From positions 1 to 21,756 of the forward strand of contig JBMGUZ010000047.1 of assembly GCA_051530055.1 (NCBI GenBank): 21,756 nt of DNA. Reading direction: 5' to 3'. Positions 8,767 through 17,300 of this stretch are shown here, piece by piece. Every line of letters begins with the position of its first letter. The first letter of the stretch is position 1. Both the position numbers and the translations under genes were made by a program. A model generated the notes under the pieces. It ran no database searches. It worked only from the letters and a program-made list of their open reading frames with translations, and was not told the origin of the DNA. This DNA comes from Neoechinorhynchus agilis (lineage: Eukaryota > Animalia > Acanthocephala).

Positions 8767-11386
8767 ATGTCCTATATCTTTGCGAGCCGTCGAAGATTAT
8801 TGATCGGCATTGTTACACTCGGAGTTGGAACAATGGCTTATTATTTGTCAACTCGTCGACGTCCGACGAAAAGGGTCTATGTCCCCAAACGTGACTGTAC
8901 GAGTGTTTCAAGAGAAGGTGTTTTAAATACGCTCAGTACGGATAAGACGACTGTATATGATTTGGTTGTAATTGGAGGAGGGGCAACAGGCTCGGGAGTT
9001 GCTTTTGATGCTGTTTCCCGAGGTTTAAAAGTAGCTTTGCTTGAACAAGGCGACTTCGGTTCGGGCACCAGCAGCAGAAGCACAAAACTTATCCATGGAG
9101 GCGTTAGGTATCTTCAAAAAGCCGTTCTAAGCCTTGATTACAAGCAATACAAAATGGTTAAGGAAGCGCTAGTGGAAAGAACCAGACTTATCGAACTTGC
9201 GCCCCATCTCGCTAATCCTTTACCCATTCTCGTTCCGATTTACAAGTACTGGCAGATTCCGTATTTCTGGATCGGATTTAAAGTGTACGATATGATTGCT
9301 CATTTGCATGGAGATCAGCTTCCTTTGAGTTATTTTGCTTCACGAAAGACGACGCTTGAACATTTTCCTAATTTAAACGAAAAAGGACTCGTTGGAGCCG
9401 TCGTATACTATGACGGTCAGCACAACGATTCAATGATGAACGTGTCGATTGCAATGTCGGCTTTGGAGATGGGTGCTGATGTCGTGAACTACGTAGAGGC
9501 GGAGAAGATTGAGAAACTCGACGGATTCGCGAGTATCCAGTGCTTTGATACAATTGGACGCGAAAAGTTTTCTATTCGTGGTAGATTAGGAATCTGTATT
9601 TTTTAATGTTAACCGTTGAATAATTGGTTTTTAGGGATTTTTCTTCATGTGTTTCTCTTAATGAATAGATTCACTGGCGTTCAAATGTGGAAATAGTGAT
9701 TTTTCCTTAAATTATTCAGCGGCGAAGTCGAAAAATGTGGAATGTTATTCCGATGATTTACATTTTGAAAATCATTTCTTGGATTTTTATAGAATCGTAG
9801 ACTTTTGGATTTAAATTTATCCATTCCTGAAACCGTCCTTCGTCAATGAAAATCATTCAAAAATCCAAAGTTCCGGATGATCAGAATTACCCGACTCATA
9901 TTGAAAAGTTCATTCAAGCCTTTTTGTTTCAGCTTCAAAAAGCCAGTAATTTCTTATATAATTTTGAAGCCGCTAATTCTTCTTTGTCTAAGGAATGATT
10001 TTAATTTTATCTTATGTTTGACTAGTCGTTTACATTTTCTCTCCTAGTGTTAGGAAAATCCTTTACACGGCTAATTCAATCGCTTGCGTGCACAAGGAAG
10101 CTTATTAATCCGTGTAAGCAACACTTAGAGAAAAAGGAATGATTTTAAGCAGACTAATAATGGATATTCTTCTAAAAAATGTCGATTCCTAATTCAAATG
10201 CATTGTCAATGCGACAGGTCCTCTAACTGATCACATTAGATGCGACCTCTACGATCGAACTCTAACGTCCATTTGTCGGCCTTCAAGCGGTGTTCATATA
10301 AGCTTACCTGGTTCATACGGTTCTCCTCATTTCGGTCTTCTTGACCCCGACACTACTGATGGACGAGTGATATTTTCACTCCCTTGGCAAGGCGGAATAA
10401 TCGCAGGTACGCGTAAACTGTAAAAAAAGTTCAATAAAAAACTTGAAGGAACGACTGATGAGCCTTGTGAAGTCCGCAAAGACAGACCTTATTGTATTCC
10501 TTCAAAAGATGATGTCGATCTTATTTTAAATGAACTTCAAAGATATTTAAAATTCAAGGGCTAGTATTACCTTAATTTCAAAATTTAATTTTTTGCAATT
10601 TAGTTCGTCATGAGGATGTGAAGAGTGCGTGGTCGGGTGTGCGACCATTAGTTGTTGATGCAACCAAGGACATTGGAGATACTAAGGACATTGCTCGGAA
10701 CCACGTCGTGGAAGTTTGCAAAGATGGGAAAACAGCTCCTTTAGTGACTATAGCGGGAGGGAAATGGACCACATATAGAGCAATGGCTGAGGATGCAGTA
10801 GATGCTGCCGTCAATGCTGCTTGTCTGAAGCCGGAAAAAGAGTGCCAGACAAAATTAATGGGGATCATTGGTGGAGATTTCGATGCGCCTATTAATTTGG
10901 ATGAGAAAGATGTGAGAGTTTTAGTCATCGAATTGTTACTATTATCGATTTAGATAGCTGATCATTTGCATCATACATACGGATCTCGAGCACGTACCGT
11001 TGTTTCTTTATGTAAATTAAAGAAAAACGGATCTTTTGAACGTTTACATGCGGATTTACCTTATGTTGACGGCGAGGTTTTTTTTCGACAAAACAAATGA
11101 AAAATTGGAAAATTGCGTTTAGGTGAGATATGCAATTCGCCAACACGCTAGACATGTATCCGATGTGATCGCCTATCGATTGCGATTGGCGTTTGTTGAT
11201 CGTCTAAAGGCTAAAGAATGCATCCAAAAAGTAGCCGAGATAATGGCCGAAGAACTTTCATGGCCATCTGAAATCGTAGAGGTTAGTCATCGAATATCAC
11301 TTTGATTTATATTTTAAAAAGTTTGAATTTAGGCTCAAAAACGTGGAGCGTTTATATTTGTAGATGAAGATATGAACTTTCATTGA
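8767..11386 (+). CDS. GPD2: Mitochondrial FAD-dependent glycerol-3-phosphate dehydrogenase, 7 exons, ~593 aa if intron 1 is removed
   Basis: Exons 8767-9580, ~10194-10406, 10449-10559, 10604-10911, 10954-11076, 11123-11281 and 11333-11386. Arg-rich/hydrophobic N-terminus, DLVVIGGGATG, GTSSRSTKLIHGGVRYL, KCIVNATGP, DGRVIF, AWSGVRPLV, IAGGKWTTYRAMAED. The first junction lacks an AG, so functionality is unproven. Confidence 0.9.
9581..10193 (+). other. 613-nt intervening sequence in GPD2 with GT donor, no AG acceptor and complementary ends
   Basis: Coding similarity stops at ...FSIR(G) and resumes at KCIVNATGP (10196). An in-frame TAA at 10190-10192 precedes it, and there is no AG between that stop and the motif. 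Confidence 0.75.
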
Positions 11387-11695
11387 AATGCTTTAGATTA
11401 TCAATAAGAGAGTAATTGCTTTCTTTGTTTTCGATATAATAATGTTGGACATTGATTTAAATGAGTGAACTTTAAGAAAAAGCGATTCCGAACAACCAAG
11501 AGAAAAATCTTACTGGATGAGGTAGTTGGAGATGTGGTGATCATAATCCCATGGATAGAAGATACTTCATTAGCCTCGCCTAATCATTCAATGTTGTGTT
11601 ACGCAAACACACTTCGAAAACTTACAAACATTGGCTGATTGGGCAAGGCTTCCCCGTGTAATCTTTTATCCGAGGGATTTTGATCAAAGAATATA

Positions 11696-12692
11696 CAGTC
11701 GATTCCGCTTAATTGGGACGCATAGGGGGCCCAGGCTTTTTGTCCCAATTAAGCGGCTGTCCCGATTAAGCGAAGTTCACTTTTAAAGAAATTAATTTGA
11801 TTGGTTTTGGGAACAAGGTCATTAACCAGTAACACACAAAATTAAACAATGCATATTTTTAAATAATTTTATTTTATAAAATCTTGAAAACTTTATATAT
11901 AGGTACATTATGAATATGTATGTATTTTAAATCTAAAGAAATCCTTAATAAAATATTTAATTGGTAGATACATACTAATTCAATGGAAAAATAAGTCAAG
12001 TGTAGTCTGTCTTTTGTTTTTGTGACAGTTGGCCCTGCCTGTCCTTCTTGTAATTCGAATTCCTTGCGCAGTTGACTTTCTTGTCGTAAGACACGCGATA
12101 TAGTAGATTTTGGTACACCAGTTATCTCAGCGAGCCGACGATAACTTGTATTAAACGGATGGCTTTTTATTTTATCAAGCAAGGCAATTTTATTGGTAAG
12201 TGACAAATCGTTCCTTGGCATTTTAGAAAGGGTAAATTTTAAAAAAAATACAATTGACAAAAAATAGCTTCACGCGGGAGGTGATTGGTAATCGAATGTC
12301 CGCTGCACCGGCTCGGAAGTAAAAGATTGTAAATGTGGATATGAGGCCGCCACGGCTTTATAAAACGCGGGAGTCGGGTTCAGAAAGAAGCCGTCTTTCT
12401 GGCTTTCCCGGGATTTAGGAGGGGGTTGTGTTTGTTTTTCCGCTGCAGCGGCTCGGTTAAACTAAAACTCAGTAAAAACAAAATCAGTTAATAGATACTC
12501 TACTGTACTTTTTTTTTCTTTTTTTTTATTTTTTTTTATTTTTTCTTTTTTTTTCTAAATCTTAAATTTACTGTCCCAATTAAATATACAAATTTACTAT
12601 TGGTTCCTTGGTTTGGTTTCCGCTCTTTGAGATTTGTCCCAAATAAGCGGCTGTCCCGATTAAGCGGTGTCCCAATTAAGCGGAATCCACTG
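11696..12692 (-). mobile_element. Internally deleted pogo/Tigger-type DNA transposon (997 bp)
   Basis: 24-bp TIRs CAGT(C/G)GATTCCGCTTAATTGGGAC at 11696-11719 and 12669-12692 (1 mismatch), TA on both sides, and subterminal TGTCCC(A/G)ATTAAGCG repeats. Confidence 0.93.
11874..12221 (-). pseudogene. Truncated pogo/Tigger transposase: N-terminal psq/CENP-B-type HTH only
   Basis: MPRNDLSLTNKIALLDKIKS...SYRRLAEITGVPKSTISRVLRQ. There is no DDE domain. A Tigger-like C-terminal RQTTLDLFFH* is present out of frame at 12030-11980. Confidence 0.85.
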
Positions 12693-13139
12693 TATATTTT
12701 TCACACGGTTTAACGATTTCCAGACTATCATGTCATTTAAGTTCCGGGAAGTGCGTTATTTTTTAGACTAGAGACACCTAGTGGTTATGGAAAAATTAAA
12801 TACATTTCCATCGGTTATTGAGAGTCGAGTATTTGCTACCTGTTTCACAAGAATTTCTCATTTTAGGTGACATTATGAACTAGCGAATGACAAGAACATC
12901 TGTCAGTTCCGCTCCTTAGCCTTCTCATATCGCGATTTAAATTCTAAGTGTCAAAGTTGAAGGTTTTGGAGCCATTCGCTAAAGTCGTTTTAAGTAGAGT
13001 TAGCAAAAACAATTTCGGCTTGGGACATTTTAGCATGTGAAACCTAATTAGTTTGCTTGTTAAAGAACCACACACACTAAAAAATGAAACTTTAATTTAA
13101 TGACCTATAGCATTGAAAATTAGGTCGAAAAGGGTATGA

Positions 13140-13411
13140 GCGGACATGCGTTTCCCAAACATCGGGAATGGCGATAATATAGTTGTCATAATCCCGGTTA
13201 AAAAATATTTTAGTTGATGGAGATATTTACCGTCTAGCGACGTGTTAAATAACACTAAAAAGCGCAACAAACCGAAGAAGGTGAGTGGACATAAGGTCCC
13301 CGAACCTCGTAAATGGCGATGTTGTCATAATCCCGGATAAAAATATTTCAGTTAATGGAGATATTTACCGGCCAGCGACGTGTCAAATAGCAATGAAAAA
13401 CGCAACGAAGA
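13140..13411 (+). repeat. Two tandem copies of a ~140-bp unit
   Basis: GTTGTCATAATCCCGG at 13182 and 13321, and G(C/T)GGACAT at 13140 and 13285. The same family occurs at 4874-5016. Confidence 0.88.
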
Positions 13412-13709
13412 TTGAGGGACTTCGTTTTCAATGTCGCAAATGCCATTTAAGAGGAACGTGACATGATTTTCATTCGTTGAGTGATTGCTTAGATCGATCA
13501 TGACAGTTTCTGAAGATAAATCTAGGTATTTTGTAACCAAATCAAATACTTGTTTGTGCAAGATGGTTAGCGAAACTGCGAAGCGGATTGCGAAGGATCG
13601 TATAAAAGGCAAATATAGTAAGCTTAGCGCTTCAACAATTGAAACTAGCGATATAAGAGATGTGACAATTCTATAATGTTAGTGTGACATGCATACAGAA
13701 GGCACGATG

Positions 13710-14305
13710 AACGACTTTAACGAGGACCATCATTTGCACCTTCGGAGAAACTGACGGACCTAAACATTACGCAGCACAAGAAGATATATGAGGCAGCTGC
13801 ATGAGCACTGATTTTTGACGAAATATAACAATGCGATTTTCGACGTTTATCATATAGCTATCGTTTATCGATTATGTCTACTTAGTTCATCTCGACGCGC
13901 TGATTCCAAATCTGGGCTGTTTCCCCTTGACATTCAACGAATTTGCCTATAAAGTCGGTCGCTACCGACGTACGGGATTCTACTCTTTCGAATGGTTTTC
14001 AAGTGCACCTTCTTTAAATAAAGCGACCGACTTTATAGGCATATTCGTTGACTGTCAATGGGAAACAGCCTTGCTTCCGTCTTGGCGATGATTTTCCTCG
14101 ATGATCTGGAAAATCAGTGCGCCTCTCTATATCTAATGTCGAGCCAGATTTATCTCCGCTATGTGGATGATGTGCTGTTCACTACAGATAGGATTGTGAG
14201 TTCGATGACGTGGAAAAGAGTTTGAATTCTATGGATTCTACTGAAGGGGTTAAGCAGACGCGAGACAAACCGTCGGATTATCTACCCATCTCAGGACAGC
14301 ACTAG
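13710..14305 (+). mobile_element. Penelope-like retroelement relic: reverse transcriptase core fragment
   Basis: 13965-14225 reads ILLFRMVFKCTFFK*SDRLYRHIR*LSMGNSLASVLAMIFLDDLE...YLRYVDDVLF (YVDD at 14160-14171), then frameshifted ...KSLNSMDS. A weaker upstream L*RGPSFAP (13715-13741) resembles the PLE N-terminal L.KGL.F.P motif. Confidence 0.82.
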
Positions 14306-14311
14306 TTTGCT

Positions 14312-17300
14312 CAGCTGTATTATTAACGTCGGAAATCGCATGATCATATTTGGTCAAAAGTCACAAGAGTGAAAGATCACTAAATTTGCAAGATTCATTA
14401 TAATTAGATAACACCATTGAAATTAGCGCATGAGATATGCTCAAATTGTTTTATCATTTCGCAACCACTTTTAAGAACCATGTATTCAACTCAGGTGTCT
14501 TTATTGGACCTCGAGTTTAAAACCAAGTGTCAAACTTTAACCATCCACAAAAACCAGCTATTGCAGGAAAATTCAGCGTATAAAGTAGATCTAGAAAAGT
14601 TAATTTTATCTGAAATTTATTGACGTTTCAATATCAATAATCAAGGTTATTAGTCTTAAAATTGAACCACGAATAACTCAAGAACCATGACAGCTACTGC
14701 AAATCCGAATACGGATTTGGAATCAGCGCGCTATGGTGTACTAAATGAACATGTTCAGGAAACCACAGCTGCAATATTCGAATCGGAAATCGCATTATAA
14801 TATTTGGTAAATAGTCACAAGAGTGAAAGGTTGCTAAATTTGCACGATTCATTAAAATTGGAAAACACCATTGTAAATCAGAGCATTAGATATGCTCAAA
14901 ATGTTTTATCATTTCGTAACAACTTACGAGTACCAGAGATTTAATTCAGGTGTCTTTTATGAACTTAGATCCTTAAACTTAGTGTAAAAATTTAAAAAGC
15001 CACATCAGACCGTTATTGCAGGTGAATTCAGCGTCAAAAATAGATCTAGAAAAGTTAATTTGATCTTACATTGATGTTTAAATATCAATAATCAAGGTAG
15101 CTTGTATAAAAATTGAACAGCGAATAACTCAAGAACCATAATAGCTATCGAGAACACGACAGATTTGGAATCAGCGCGTGAAGATGTACCAAATTAGCAT
15201 ATTCCGTACACTACAGCCGTAATATTCGCATCGGAAATCGCAATATCATATTTTGCCAATATTCACAATAGGGAAAAATCACTAAATTTGCAAGAATCAT
15301 TAAAATAAGATAATACCATTGAAATCAGCGCATTTGATATGCTCAAAATGTTTTTTGTATTTCGTAACAACTTTCGAGCACAACAGATTTAACTGAGGTG
15401 TCTTTTATGAACTTCAATCCTAAAACTAAGTGTCGAAATTTAGCAAGCAACATCAAACCGTTATTCCAGGTGAATTCAGCGTCAAAAGTAGATCTAGAAA
15501 AGTTTATTTTATCTTAAATTTATTAACGTTTTAATATCAATAATCCAGGTAGTTTGTCTCAAAATTGAACAGCGAATAACTCAAGAACCATGAAAACTAT
15601 CGCAAATCCGAAAGCAGATTTGGAATCAGCGCGTTAAGATGTACTAAATTAGCTGATTCCGTACACTACAGCCGTAATATTCGCGTCGGAAATCGCATTA
15701 TCATATTTTGACAATATTCACAAGAGGGAAAAATCACTAAATTTGCAAGAATCATTAAAATAAGATAACACCATTGAAATTAGCGCATTAGATATGCTCA
15801 AAATGTTTTTGTATTTCGTCACAACTTTCGAGATCAACAGATTTAATTCAGGTGTCTTTTATCAACTTTAACCCTTAAACTAAGTGTCAAAATTTAACAA
15901 GTAACATCAAACCGTAACGGCGTCAAACGTATATCTAGAGAAGTTATTTTGATCTAAAATTGATTTTTGTTTTAATATCAATAATCAAGGTAGTTGGTCT
16001 CGAAATTTAACAACAAATAACTCAAGAACCATGGAAACTATCGCAAATCCGTTAACAGATATGGAATCAGCGCGTTAAGATGTACTAAATTAGCTGACTC
16101 CGTGCACAACAGCTGTAATATTCGCATCGGAAATCGCATTGTCATATTTTGCCAACATTCACGAGAGTGAAAGATCACTAAAATTTGCAGGAATTTTTAA
16201 AATAAGATAACACCATTGAAATCAACGAATTAGATATGCTCAAAATGTTTTTGTATTTCATAACAACTTTCGACCACCACAGATTTAATTCGGATGTCTT
16301 TTATCAACTTCAATCCTAAAACTAAGTGTAAAAATTAAACGAGCAACATTAAACCGTTATGGCAGGTGAATTCAGCGTCAAAAGTAGACCTAGAAAAATT
16401 AATTTGATCTTAAATTGATTGATGTTTTAATATCAATAATCAAGGTAGTTGGTCTCAAAATGTAACAACAAATAACTCAAGAACCATGATAGCTATCGCA
16501 AATCCGAAAACAGATTTGGAATCAGCGCGTTAAGGTGTACAACACTAGCTGATTTCGTACACTACAGATGTAATATTCGCGTCGGAAATCGCATTATCAT
16601 ATTTTGCCAATATTCACAAGGGGGAAAAATAACTAAATTTGCAAGAATCATTAAAATCGGAATAACCCATTGAAATCAACGCATTAGATATGCTCAAAAT
16701 GTTTTTGTATTTCGTAACAACTTTCGAGCACAACAGATTTAACTGAGGTGTCTTTTATGAACTTCAATCCTCAAACTAAGTGTCAAAATTTAACAAGCAA
16801 CATCAAACCGTTATTGCAGGTGAAATCAGCGTCAAAAGTAGATCTAGAAAAGTTAATTTGATCTTAAATTGATTGATGTTTTAATATCAATAATCAAGGT
16901 TGTTGGTCTCAATATGTAACAACAAATAACTCAAGAACCATGATAGCTATCGCAAATCCGAAAACAGATTTGGAATCAGCGCGTTAAGGTGTACTAAATT
17001 AGCTGATTCCGTACGCTACAGCTAAAACATTCGCATCGGAAATCGCATTATCATATTTTGCCAATATTCACAAGAGGGAAAAAATCACTAAATTTGCAAG
17101 AATCATTAAAATTAGATAACACCATTGAAATCACCGCATCAGATATGCTCAAAATGTTTTTTTGGTATTTTATAACAACTTTCGAGCAAAACAGATTCAA
17201 CTGAGGTGTCTTTTATGAACTTCAATCCTAAAACTACGTGTAAAACTTTAACAAGCAACATCAAGCCGTTAGGGCTGGTGAATTCAGCATTAAAAGTAGA

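Larger units (their letters stand above)
11541..12777 (-). pseudogene. Possible unidentified spliced gene remnant interrupted by the pogo element
   Basis: A 46-nt GTAAGT...TAG intron-like segment at 11625-11580 and a 53-nt GT-AG segment at 12777-12725. The reconstructed empty site reads open and in phase (LEIVKPCEKYIFFDQNPSDKRLHGEALPNQPMF/ARLMKYLLSMGL*). No family was recognised. Confidence 0.3.

Noticed and set aside
3610-11155. Antisense or alternative-frame ORFs over the genes (3610-3906, 3839-4093, 7153-7359, 8877-9083, 9368-9553, 10608-10928, 10925-11155)
   Set aside because: They are shadows of real coding exons with no independent motif.
12507-12556. Long T-rich tract inside the pogo element
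   Set aside because: Low-complexity sequence with no TSD or other sign of a separate retro-insertion.
13270-13312. Hammerhead-like CCGAAGAAG...CCCGAAC in the 140-bp repeat
   Set aside because: Both core boxes are mismatched and stems I and III cannot be formed in any of the three copies.
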